Shown here piece after piece: positions 25,801-38,105 of a stretch of DNA of 64,000 bases (within the stretch, counting starts at the first letter, position 1; each line of letters opens with the position of its first letter). Both the position numbers and the translations under genes were made by a program. The notes below the pieces were generated by a model. It saw only the letters and a program-made list of their open reading frames with translations, was not told the origin of the DNA and ran no database searches. The stretch is from Balanoglossus misakiensis (lineage: Eukaryota; Animalia; Hemichordata), in assembly GCA_040954595.2 (NCBI GenBank), contig CM082577.2, forward strand, positions 1 to 64,000. Direction: 5' to 3'.

Positions 25801-28800
25801 AATCCGGGCCAAGTTGCGGCGACTTCCGGTCGTAACGGCGCGGTGAATCTGGGCCAAGTTGCCGGCGACTTCCTGTCGTAATGGCGTGGTGAATCTGGGC
25901 CAAGTTGCCGGCGACTTCCGGTGGTAATGGCGCGGTGATTCTGGGCCAAGTTGCCGGCGACTTCCGGTGGCAACGGCGCGGTGAATCTGGGCCAAGTTGC
26001 CGGCGACTTCCGGTGGTAACGGCGCGGTGAATCTAAGGCAAGTTGCCGGCGACTTCCGGTCGTAATGGCGTGGTGAATCTGGGCCAAGTTGCCGGCGACT
26101 TCCTGTCGTAATGGCGTGGTGAATCTGGGCCAAGTTGCCGGCGACTTCCTGTGGTAACGGCGCGGTGAATATGGGCCAAGTTGATGGCGACTTCCTGTGA
26201 ATCCGGGCCAAGTTGCCGGCGACTTCCGGTGGTAACGGCGCGGTGAATCTGGGCCAAGTTGCCGGTGACTTCCGGTCGTAATGGCGTGGTGAATCTGGGC
26301 CAAATTGCCGGCGACTTCCTGTCGTAACGGCGCGGTGAATCTGGGCCAAGTTGCCGGCGACTTCCTGTGGTAACGGCGCGGTGAATCTGGGCCAAGTTGA
26401 TGGCGACTTCCTGTGAATCCGGACCAAGTTGCGGCGACTTCCGGTCGTAACGGCGCGGTGAATCCGGGCCAAGTTGCCGGCGACTTTCGGTCGTAACGGC
26501 GCGGTGAATCTGGGCCAAGTTGCCGGTGACTTCCGGTCGTAACGGCGTGGTGAAACTAGGCCAAGTTGCCGGCGATTTCCTGTGGTAACGGCGCGATGAA
26601 TCTCGGCCAAGTTGATGGCGACTTCCTGTGAATCCGGGCCAAGTTGCCGGCGAATTCCGGTGGTAACGGCGCGGTGAAACTAGGCCAAGTTGCCGGCGAC
26701 TTCCTGTCGTAACGGAGCGGTGAATTTGGGCAAAGTTGCCGGCGACTTCCGGTCGTAACGGCGCGGTGAATCTGGGCCAAGTTGCCGTCGACTTCCGGTG
26801 GTAACGGCGCGGTGAATCCGGGCCAAGTTGCGGCGACTTCCGGTCGTAACGGCGCGGCGAATCCGGGCGAAGTTGCTGGCGACTTTCGGTCATAACGGCG
26901 CGGTGAATCTGGGCCAAGTTGCCGGCGACTTCCTGTCGTAATGGCGTGGTTATTCTGGGCCAAGTTGCCGGCGACTTCCTGTGGTAACGGCGCGGTGAAT
27001 CTGGGCCAAGTTGATGGCGACTTCCTGTCGTAACGGCGCGGTGAATCTGGGCCAAGTTGCCGGTGACTTCCGGTCGTAATGGCGTGGTGAATCTGGGCCA
27101 AGTTGCCGGCGACTTCCTGTCGTAACGGCGCGGTGAATCTGGGCCAAGTTGCCGTCGACTTCCGGTGGTAACAGCGCGGTGAATCCGGGCCAAGTTGCGG
27201 CGACTTCCGGTCGTAACGGCGCGGCGAATCCGGGCGAAGTTGCTGGCGACTTTCGGTCATAACGGCGTGGTGAATCTGGGCCAAGTTGCCGGCGACTTCC
27301 TGTCGTAATGGTGTGGTTATTCTGGGCCAAGTTGCCGGCGATTTCCTGTGGTAACGGCGCGGTGAATCTGGGCCAAGTTGATGGCGACTTCCTGTGAATC
27401 CGGGCCAAGTTGCGGCGACTTCCGGTCGTAACGGCGCGGTGAATCTGGGCCAAGTTGCCGGCGATTTCCTGTGGTAACGGCGCGGTGAATCTGGGCCAAG
27501 TTGATGGCGACTTCCTTTGAATCCGGGCCAAGTTGCCGGCGACTTCCGGTGGTAACGGCGCGGTGAATCTGGGCCAAGTTGCCGGCGAATTCCGGTCATA
27601 ATGGCGTGGTGAATCTGGGCCAAGTTGCCGGCGACTTCCTGTCGTAATGGCGTGGTGAATCTGGGCCAAGTTGCCGGCAACTTCCTGTGGTAATGGCGCG
27701 GTGAATCTGGGCCAAGTTGCCGGCGACTTCCGGTGGTAATGGCGCGGTGATTCTGGGCCAAGTTGCCGGCGACTTCCGGTGGCAACGGCGCGGTGAATCT
27801 GGGCCAAGTTGCCGTCGACTTCCGGTCGTAACGGCGCAAGAATCTGGGCCAAGTTGCCGGCGACTTCCTGTCGAAACGGCGCGGTGAATCTGGGCCAAGT
27901 TGCCGGTGACTTCCGGTCGTAATGGCGTGGTGAATCTGGGCCAAGTTGCCGGCGACTTCCTGTGGTAACGGCGCGGTGAATCTGGGCCAAGTTGATGGCG
28001 ACTTCCTGTGAATCCGGGCCAAGTTGCGGCGACTTCCGGTCGTAACGGCGCGGTGAATCTGGGCCAAGTTGCCGGCGATTTCCTGTGGTAACGGGGCGGT
28101 AAATCTGGGCCAAGTTGATGGCGACTTCCTGTGAATCCGGGCCAAGTTGCCGGCGACTTCCGGTGGTAACGGCGCGGTGAATCTAAGGCAAGTTGCCGGC
28201 GACTTCCGGTCGTAATGGCGTGGTGAATCTGGGCCAAGTTGCCGGCGACTTCCTGTCGTAATGGCGTGGTGAATCTGGGCCAAGTTGCCGGCGACTTCCT
28301 GTGGTAACGGCGCGGTGAATATGGGCCAAGTTGATGGCGACTTCCTGTGAATCCGGGCCAAGTTGCCGGCGACTTCCGGTGGTAACGGCGCGGTGAATCT
28401 GGGCCAAGTTGCCGGCGACTTCCTGTCGTAATGGCGTGGTGAATCTGGGCCAAGTTGCCGGCGACTTCCTGTGGTAACGGCGCGGTGAATATGGGCCAAG
28501 TTGATGGCGACTTCCTGTGAATCCGGGCCAAGTTGCCGGCGACTTCCGGTGGTAACGGCGCGGTGAATCTGGGCCAAGTTGCCGGTGACTTCCGGTCGTA
28601 ATGGCGTGGTGAATCTGGGCCAAATTGCCGGCGACTTCCTGTCGTAACGGCGCGGTGAATCTGGGCCAAGTTGCCGGCGACTTCCTGTGGTAACGGCGCG
28701 GTGAATCTGGGCCAAGTTGATGGCGACTTCCTGTGAATCCGGACCAAGTTGCGGCGACTTCCGGTCGTAACGGCGCGGTGAATCCGGGCCAAGTTGCCGG

Positions 28801-31800
28801 CGACTTTCGGTCGTAACGGCGCGGTGAATCTGGGCCAAGTTGCCGGTGACTTCCGGTCGTAACGGCGTGGTGAAACTAGGCCAAGTTGCCGGCGATTTCC
28901 TGTGGTAACGGCGCGATGAATCTCGGCCAAGTTGATGGCGACTTCCTGTGAATCCGGGCCAAGTTGCCGGCGAATTCCGGTGGTAACGGCGCGGTGAAAC
29001 TAGGCCAAGTTGCCGGCGACTTCCTGTCGTAACGGAGCGGTGAATTTGGGCAAAGTTGCCGGCGACTTCCGGTCGTAACGGCGCGGTGAATCTGGGCCAA
29101 GTTGCCGTCGACTTCCGGTGGTAACGGCGCGGTGAATCCGGGCCAAGTTGCGGCGACTTCCGGTCGTAACGGCGCGGCGAATCCGGGCGAAGTTGCTGGC
29201 GACTTTCGGTCATAACGGCGCGGTGAATCTGGGCCAAGTTGCCGGCGACTTCCTGTCGTAATGGCGTGGTTATTCTGGGCCAAGTTGCCGGCGACTTCCT
29301 GTGGTAACGGCGCGGTGAATCTGGGCCAAGTTGATGGCGACTTCCTGTCGTAACGGCGCGGTGAATCTGGGCCAAGTTGCCGGTGACTTCCGGTCGTAAT
29401 GGCGTGGTGAATCTGGGCCAAGTTGCCGGCGACTTCCTGTCGTAACGGCGCGGTGAATCTGGGCCAAGTTGCCGTCGACTTCCGGTGGTAACAGCGCGGT
29501 GAATCCGGGCCAAGTTGCGGCGACTTCCGGTCGTAACGGCGCGGCGAATCCGGGCGAAGTTGCTGGCGACTTTCGGTCATAACGGCGCGGTGAATCTGGG
29601 CCAAGTTGCCGGCGACTTCCTGTCGTAATGGCGTGGTTATTCTGGGCCAAGTTGCCGGCGATTTCCTGTGGTAACGGCGCGGTGAATCTGGGCCAAGTTG
29701 ATGGCGACTTCCTGTGAATCCGGGCCAAGTTGATGGCGACTTCCTGTGAATCCGGGCCAAGTTGCGGCGACTTCCGGTCGTAACGGCGCGGTGAATCTGG
29801 GCCAAGTTGCCGGCGATTTCCTGTGGTAACGGCGCGGTGAATCTGGGCCAAGTTGATGGCGACTTCCTGTGAATCCGGGCCAAGTTGCCGGCGACTTCCT
29901 GTCGTAATGGCGTGGTGAATCTGGGCCAAGTTGCCGGCGACTTCCGGTGGTAATGGCGCGGTGATTCTGGGCCAAGTTGCCGGCGACTTCCGGTGGCAAC
30001 GGCGCGGTGAATCTGGGCCAAGTTGCCGTCGACTTCCGGTCGTAACGGCGCAAGAATCTGGGCCAAGTTGCCGGCGACTTCCTGTCGAAACGGCGCGGTG
30101 AATCTGGGCCAAGTTGCCGGTGACTTCCGGTCGTAATGGCGTGGTGAATCTGGGCCAAGTTGCCGGCGACTTCCTGTGGTAACGGCGCGGTGAATCTGGG
30201 CCAAGTTGATGGCGACTTCCTGTGAATCCGGGCCAAGTTGCGGCGACTTCCGGTCGTAACGGCGCGGTGAATCTGGGCCAAGTTGCCGGCGATTTCCTGT
30301 GGTAACGGGGCGGTAAATCTGGGCCAAGTTGATGGCGACTTCCTGTGAATCCGGGCCAAGTTGCCGGCGACTTCCGGTGGTAACGGCGCGGTGAATCTAA
30401 GGCAAGTTGCCGGCGACTTCCGGTCGTAATGGCGTGGTGAATCTGGGCCAAGTTGCCGGCGACTTCCTGTCGTAATGGCGTGGTGAATCTGGGCCAAGTT
30501 GCCGGCGACTTCCTGTGGTAACGGCGCGGTGAATATGGGCCAAGTTGATGGCGACTTCCTGTGAATCCGGGCCAAGTTGCCGGCGACTTCCGGTGGTAAC
30601 GGCGCGGTGAATCTGGGCCAAGTTGCCGGTGACTTCCGGTCGTAATGGCGTGGTGAATCTGGGCCAAATTGCCGGCGACTTCCTGTCGTAACGGCGCGGT
30701 GAATCTGGGCCAAGTTGCCGGCGACTTCCTGTGGTAACGGCGCGGTGAATCTGGGCCAAGTTGATGGCGACTTCCTGTGAATCCGGACCAAGTTGCGGCG
30801 ACTTCCGGTCGTAACGGCGCGGTGAATCCGGGCCAAGCTGCCGGCGACTTTCGGTCGTAACGGCGCGGTGAATCTGGGCCAAGTTGCCGGTGACTTCCGG
30901 TCGTAACGGCGTGGTGAAACTAGGCCAAGTTGCCGGCGATTTCCTGTGGTAACGGCGCGATGAATCTGGGCCAAGTTGATGGCGACTTCCTGTGAATCCG
31001 GGCCAAGTTGCCGGCGACTTCCGGTGGTAACGGCGCGGTGAAACTAGGCCAAGTTGCCGGCGACTTCCTGTCGTAACGGAGCGGTGAATTTGGGCAAAGT
31101 TGCCGGCGACTTCCGGTCGTAACGGCGCGGTGAATCTGGGCCAAGTTGCCGTCGACTTCCGGTGGTAACGGCGCGGTGAATCCGGGCCAAGTTGCGGCGA
31201 CTTCCGGTCGTAACGGCGCGGCGAATCCGGGCGAAGTTGCTGGCGACTTTCGGTCATAACGGCGCGGTGAATCTGGGCCAAGTTGATAGCGACTTCCTGT
31301 GAATCCGGGCCAAGTTGCGGCGACTTCCGGTCGTAACGGCGCGGTGAATCCGGGCCAAGTTGCCGGCGACTTCCGGTCGTAACGGCGCGGTGAATCCGGG
31401 CCAAGTTGCGGCGACTTCCTGTCGTAACGGCGCGGTGAATCCAGGCCAAGTTGCCGGCGACTTCCGGTCGTAACGGCGTGGTGAAACTAGGCCAAGTTGC
31501 CTGCGATTTCCTGTGGTAACGGCGCGATGAATCTGGGCCAAGTTGATGGCGACTTCCTGTGAATCCGGGCCAAGTTGCCGGCGACTTCCGGTGGTAACGG
31601 CGCGGTGAAACTAGGCCAAGTTGCCGGCGACTTCCTGTCGTAACGGCGCGGTGAATCTGGGCAAAGTTGCCGGCGACTTCCGGTCGTAACGGCGCGGTGA
31701 ATCTGGGCCAAGTTGCCGTCGACTTCCGGTGGTAACGGCGCGGTGAATCCGGGCCAAGTTGCTGGCGACTTTCGGTCATAACGGCGCGGTGAATCTGGGC

Positions 31801-34800
31801 CAAGTTGCCGTCGACTTCCGGTGGTAACGGCGCGGTGAATCCGGGCGAAGTTGCTGGCGACTTTCGGTCATAACGGCGCGGTGAATCTGGGCCAAGTTGC
31901 CGGCGACTTCCTGTCGTAATGGCGTGGTTATTCTGGGCCAAGTTGCCGGCGACTTCCTGTGGTAACGGCGCGGTGAATCTGGGCCAAGTTGATGGCGACT
32001 TCCTGTGAATCCGGGCCAAGTTGCCGGCGACTTCCGGTGGTAACGGCGTGGTGAATCTGGGCCAAGTTGCCGGCGACTTCCTGTCGTAACGGCGCGGTGA
32101 ATCTGGGCCAAGTTGCCGGCGACTTCCTGTGGTAACGGCGCGGTGAATCTGGGCCAAGTTGATGGCGACTTCCTGTGAATCCGGGCCAAGTTGCGGCGAC
32201 TTCCGGTCGTAACGGCGCGGTGAATCCGGGCCAAGTTGCCGGCGACTTCCGGTCGTAACGGCGCGGTGAATCCGGGCCAAGTTGCGGCGACTTCCGGTCG
32301 TAACAGCGTGGTGAAACTGGGCCAAGTTGCCAGCGATTTCCTGTGGTAACGGCTCGGTGAATCTGGGCCAAGTTGATGGCGACTTCCTGTGAATCCGGGC
32401 CAAGTTGCCGGCGACTTCCGGTGGTAACGGCGTGGTGAAACTAGGCCAAGTTGCCGGCGACTTCCGGTCGTAACGGCGCGGTGAATCTGGGCCAAGTTGC
32501 CGTCGACTTCCGGTGGTAACGGCGCGGTGAATCTGGGCCAAGTTGATGGCGACTTCCTGTGAATCCGGGCCAAGTTGCGGCGACTTCCGGTCGTAACGGC
32601 GCGGTGAATCTGGGCCAAGTTGCCGGCGATTTCCTGTGGTAACGGGGCGGTAAATCTGGGCCAAGTTGATGGCGACTTCCTGTGAATCCGGGCCAAGTTG
32701 CCGGCGACTTCCGGTGGTAACGGCGCGGTGAATCTAAGGCAAGTTGCCGGCGACTTCCGGTCGTAATGGCGTGGTGAATCTGGGCCAAGTTGCCGGCGAC
32801 TTCCTGTCGTAATGGCGTGGTGAATCTGGGCCAAGTTGCCGGCGACTTCCTGTGGTAACGGCGCGGTGAATATGGGCCAAGTTGATGGCGACTTCCTGTG
32901 AATCCGGGCCAAGTTGCCGGCGACTTCCGGTGGTAACGGCGCGGTGAATCTGGGCCAAGTTGCCGGTGACTTCCGGTCGTAATGGCGTGGTGAATCTGGG
33001 CCAAATTGCCGGCGACTTCCTGTCGTAACGGCGCGGTGAATCTGGGCCAAGTTGCCGGCGACTTCCTGTGGTAACGGCGCGGTGAATCTGGGCCAAGTTG
33101 ATGGCGACTTCCTGTGAATCCGGACCAAGTTGCGGCGACTTCCGGTCGTAACGGCGCGGTGAATCCGGGCCAAGCTGCCGGCGACTTTCGGTCGTAACGG
33201 CGCGGTGAATCTGGGCCAAGTTGCCGGTGACTTCCGGTCGTAACGGCGTGGTGAAACTAGGCCAAGTTGCCGGCGATTTCCTGTGGTAACGGCGCGATGA
33301 ATCTGGGCCAAGTTGATGGCGACTTCCTGTGAATCCGGGCCAAGTTGCCGGCGACTTCCGGTGGTAACGGCGCGGTGAAACTAGGCCAAGTTGCCGGCGA
33401 CTTCCTGTCGTAACGGAGCGGTGAATTTGGGCAAAGTTGCCGGCGACTTCCGGTCGTAACGGCGCGGTGAATCTGGGCCAAGTTGCCGTCGACTTCCGGT
33501 GGTAACGGCGCGGTGAATCCGGGCCAAGTTGCGGCGACTTCCGGTCGTAACGGCGCGGCGAATCCGGGCGAAGTTGCTGGCGACTTTCGGTCATAACGGC
33601 GCGGTGAATCTGGGCCAAGTTGATAGCGACTTCCTGTGAATCCGGGCCAAGTTGCGGCGACTTCCGGTCGTAACGGCGCGGTGAATCCGGGCCAAGTTGC
33701 CGGCGACTTCCGGTCGTAACGGCGCGGTGAATCCGGGCCAAGTTGCGGCGACTTCCTGTCGTAACGGCGCGGTGAATCCAGGCCAAGTTGCCGGCGACTT
33801 CCGGTCGTAACGGCGTGGTGAAACTAGGCCAAGTTGCCTGCGATTTCCTGTGGTAACGGCGCGATGAATCTGGGCCAAGTTGATGGCGACTTCCTGTGAT
33901 TCCGGGCCAAGTTGCCGGCGACTTCCGGTGGTAACGGCGCGGTGAAACTAGGCCAAGTTGCCGGCGACTTCCTGTCGTAACGGCGCGGTGAATCTGGGCA
34001 AAGTTGCCGGCGACTTCCGGTCGTAACGGCGCGGTGAATCTGGGCCAAGTTGCCGTCGACTTCCGGTGGTAACGGCGCGGTGAATCCGGGCCAAGTTGCT
34101 GGCGACTTTCGGTCATAACGGCGCGGTGAATCTGGGCCAAGTTGCCGTCGACTTCCGGTGGTAACGGCGCGGTGAATCCGGGCGAAGTTGCTGGCGACTT
34201 TCGGTCATAACGGCGCGGTGAATCTGGGCCAAGTTGCCGGCGACTTCCTGTCGTAATGGCGTGGTTATTCTGGGCCAAGTTGCCGGCGACTTCCTGTGGT
34301 AACGGCGCGGTGAATCTGGGCCAAGTTGATGGCGACTTCCTGTGAATCCGGGCCAAGTTGCCGGCGACTTCCGGTGGTAACGGCGTGGTGAATCTGGGCC
34401 AAGTTGCCGGCGACTTCCTGTCGTAACGGCGCGGTGAATCTGGGCCAAGTTGCCGGCGACTTCCTGTGGTAACGGCGCGGTGAATCTGGGCCAAGTTGAT
34501 GGCGACTTCCTGTGAATCCGGGCCAAGTTGCGGCGACTTCCGGTCGTAACGGCGCGGTGAATCCGGGCCAAGTTGCCGGCGACTTCCGGTCGTAACGGCG
34601 CGGTGAATCCGGGCCAAGTTGCGGCGACTTCCGGTCGTAACAGCGTGGTGAAACTGGGCCAAGTTGCCAGCGATTTCCTGTGGTAACGGCTCGGTGAATC
34701 TGGGCCAAGTTGATGGCGACTTCCTGTGAATCCGGGCCAAGTTGCCGGCGACTTCCGGTGGTAACGGCGTGGTGAAACTAGGCCAAGTTGCCGGCGACTT

Positions 34801-35029
34801 CCGGTCGTAACGGCGCGGTGAATCTGGGCCAAGTTGCCGTCGACTTCCGGTGGTAACGGCGCGGTGAATCCGGGCCAAGTTGCGGCGACTTCCGGTCGTA
34901 ACGGCGCGGTGAATCCGGGCGAAGTTGCTGGCGACTTTCGGTCATAACGGCGCGGTGAATCTGGGCCAAGTTGCCGGCGACTTCCGGTCGTAATGGCGTG
35001 GTTAATCTGGGCCAAGTTGCCGGCGACTT
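4811..35029. repeat. Subtelomeric CpG-rich satellite, 46-bp monomer with 45- and 32-bp variants and higher-order repeats
   Basis: Consensus GGGCCAAGTTGCCGGCGACTTCC(G/T)GT(C/G)GTAACGGCGCGGTGAATC(T/C). Uninterrupted head-to-tail for ~30.2 kb (roughly 650-700 monomers, estimated from length). Confidence 0.99.
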
Positions 35030-35940
35030 GCTTCTATTGTCATTTTCACGAAATTTTACACATAGCTTAGTCCAGCAAATATAAATTCATTGGTCAAATA
35101 AAATATAGGGGTCACCGCGCTCTATTTTGAGATAAATTGCGTTAAAAATTTTGCCCATAGACAAACCATTGGTGAAAAATGCTGAGTCAGCAGATTTCTT
35201 CTATTATCGACCAAATTCATGGCTTTGTATTTCATAAACAAGCGTGGTGACCCCTTTATTTTATTACGGATTGTCATTATACCGTACTTGCCCGGGTAAG
35301 AGCCCCGGGTGCTGGGCCCATAGATTGGCGAAAAAACAGGGGGGGGGGGGGGGGCTTTAGCCCGGACGCAACCTCGACATTTATGCAAATGAGGGCCTAT
35401 GGACACGAGGAAGGGGTGAATAATGATGCAAATAACATGGCCAAACATTTCACGGTCAAACAATGTATTTATTAAATAATAAAACGTTTTTTACCCATAA
35501 ATCAAATACAGAAAACATATTACAGTCGCCGCCGTTTAATTGGGACACCATGGGCGCAGACAAAACATCCCGTTTAACCGGGACATTGGTAAATGGTTGA
35601 TTGATCCCACACATGCATTTAATACTTAGACGTCGACGGACGGACGCACGTAAATACATCTATCTTAATCGTGGCAATCATGCCTTTCTCTACCGTAATT
35701 TTTGAGTGGTTCATTCTCCGAGTCCAAGTCGTGATCTTCCAATGTTGGGTGTTTCGCGTCGAGGACGGACTGAAGCAGCTCCACGCGGCCGCTTTGGAAA
35801 GCTCCCTGGTGACCTCACACGCGGCAGCGCGTCCATCTACGTGATCGTTGAATTCGAGGCACGGTCTGAGGTCATGTTTTCTAGAGCGGCTATATAGCGT
35901 GGCCAGTCGGCCGCGGTGGGTACGATAATCATCGCGAAAG
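35030..35940 (+). repeat. Segmental duplication, distal copy (near-identical to 38106-39013)
   Basis: Same sequence at +3076 bp. The differences I saw are a G-run length (3 nt) and one substitution near the end (ATCATCGCG vs ATCAGCGCG). Confidence 0.97.
35282..35940. mobile_element. Truncated copy of the CCGTA-TIR MITE (left end only)
   Basis: Starts TA|CCGTACTTGCCCGGGTAAGA but breaks into satellite at ~35941, lacking the right TIR present in the 38358-39226 copy. Confidence 0.85.
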
Positions 35941-35944
35941 CCGG

Positions 35945-38105
35945 TGCCGGTGACTTCCGGTCGTAATGGCGTGGTGAATCTGGGCCAAGTTGCCGGCGAC
36001 TTCCTGTCGTAACGGCGCGGTGAATCTGGGCCAAGTTGCCGGCGACTTCCTGTGGTAACGGCGCGGTGAATCTGGGCCAAGTTGATGGCGACTTCCTGTG
36101 AATCCGGGCCAAGTTGCGGCGACTTCCGGTCGTAACGGCGCGGTGAATCCGGGCCAAGTTGCCGGCGACTTCCGGTCGTAACGGCGCGGTGAATCCGGGC
36201 CAAGTTGCGGCGACTTCCGGTCGTAACGGCGTGGTGAAACACGGCCAAGTAGCCAGCGATTTCCTGTGGTAACGGCTCGGTGAATATGGGCCAAGTTGAT
36301 GGCGACTTCCTGTGAATCCGGGCAAAGTTGCCGGCGACTTCCGGTGGTAACGGCGTGGTGAAACTAGGCCAAGTTGCCGGCGACTTCCTGTCGTAACGGC
36401 GCGGTGAATCTGGGCAAAGTTGCCGGCGACTTCCGGTCGTAACGGCGCGGTGAATCTGGGCCAAGTTGCCGTCGACTTCCGGTGGTAACGGCGCGGTGAA
36501 TCCGGGCCAAGTTGCGGCGACTTCCGGTCGTAACGGCGTGGTGAAACTGGGCCAAGTTGCCAGCGATTTCCTGTGGTAACGGCTCGGTGAATCTGGGCCA
36601 AGTTGATGGCGACTTCCTGTGAATCCGGGCCAAGTTGCCGGCGACTTCCGGTGGTAACGGCGTGGTGAAACTAGGCCAAGTTGCCGTCGACTTCCGGTAG
36701 TAACGGCGCGGTGAATCCGGGCCAAGTTGCGGCGACTTCCGGTCGTAACGGCGCGGTGAATCTAAGCCAAGTTGCCGGCGACTTCCTGTCGTAATGGCGT
36801 GGTGAATCTGGGCCAAGTTGCCGGCGACTTCCTGTGGTAATGGCGCGGTGAATATGGGCCAAGTTGATGGCGACTTCCTGTGAATCCGGGCCAAGTTGCC
36901 GGCGACTTCCGGTGGTAACGGCGCGGTGAATCTGGGCCAAGTTGCCGGCGACTTCCTGTCGTAACGGCGCTGTGAATCTGGGCCAAGTTGCCGGCGACTT
37001 CCTGTGGTAACGGCGCGGTGAATCTGGGCCAAGTTGATGGCGACTTCCTGTGAATCCGGGCCAAGTTGCGGCGACTTCCGGTCGTAACGGCGCGGTGAAT
37101 CCGGGCCAAGTTGCCGGCGACTTCCGGTCGTAACGGCGCGGTGAATCCGGGCCAAGTTGCGGCGACTTCCTGTCGTAATGGCGCGGTGAATCCAGGCCAA
37201 GTTGCCGGCGACTTCCGGTCGTAACGGCGCGGTGAATCCGGGCCAAGTTGCCGGCGACTTCCGGTCGTAACGGCGTGGTGAAACTAGGCCAAGTTGCCTG
37301 CGATTTCCTGTGGTAACGGCGCGATGAATCTGGGCCAAGTTGATGGCGACTTCCTGTGAATCCGGGCCAAGTTGCCGGCGACTTCCGGTGGTAACGGCGC
37401 GGTGAAACTAGGCCAAGTTGCCGGCGACTTCCTGTCGTAACGGCGCGGTGAATCTGGGCAAAGTTGCCGGCGACTTCCGGTCGTAACGGCGCGGTGAATC
37501 TGGGCCAAGTTGCCGTCGACTTCCGGTGGTAACTGCGCGGTGAATCCGGGCCAAGTTGCTGGCGACTTTCGGTCATAACGGCGCGGTGAATCTGGGCCAA
37601 GTTGCCGTCGACTTCCGGTGGTAACGGCGCGGTGAATCCGGGCGAAGTTGCTGGCGACTTTCGGTCATAACGGCGCGGTGAATCTGGGCCAAGTTGCCGG
37701 CGACTTCCGGTCGTAACGGCGTGGTGAAACTGGGCCAAGTTGCCAGCGATTTCCTGTGGTAACGGCTCGGTGAATCTGGGCCAAGTTGATGGCGACTTCC
37801 TGTGAATCCGGGCCAAGTTGCCGGCGACTTCCGGTGGTAACGGCGTGGTGAAACTAGGCCAAGTTGCCGGCGACTTCCGGTCGTAACGGCGCGGTGAATC
37901 TGGGCCAAGTTGCCGTCGACTTCCGGTGGTAACGGCGCGGTGAATCCGGGCCAAGTTGCGGCGACTTCCGGTCGTAACGGCGCGGTGAATCCGGGCGAAG
38001 TTGCTGGCGACTTTCGGTCATAACGGCGCGGTGAATCTGGGCCAAGTTGCCGGCGACTTCCGGTCGTAATGGCGTGGTTAATCTGGGCCAAGTTGCCGGC
38101 GACTT
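35945..38105. repeat. Second block of the 46-bp satellite (~2.2 kb)
   Basis: Same monomer and orientation. It ends in the same GACTT|GCTTCTATTG junction as the main array. Confidence 0.98.

Noticed and set aside
4811-35029. CRISPR-like appearance (partly palindromic repeat with regular spacing)
   Set aside because: There are no unique spacers and no cas genes, and the context is a eukaryotic telomere. It is a tandem satellite.
35108-35254. 14-bp inverted repeat GGGGTCACCGCGCT / AGCGTGGTGACCCC in the satellite flank
   Set aside because: Probably internal to a truncated DNA transposon hosting the CCGTA MITE. Its termini could not be defined, so it was not called.
4768-38091. Dozens of long overlapping minus-strand ORFs (up to 985 aa)
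   Set aside because: They are translations of a stop-free 46-bp monomer cycling through all three frames, mostly with non-ATG starts. Frameshifting 32-bp units and stop-creating variants are freely amplified, so there is no sign of coding constraint.
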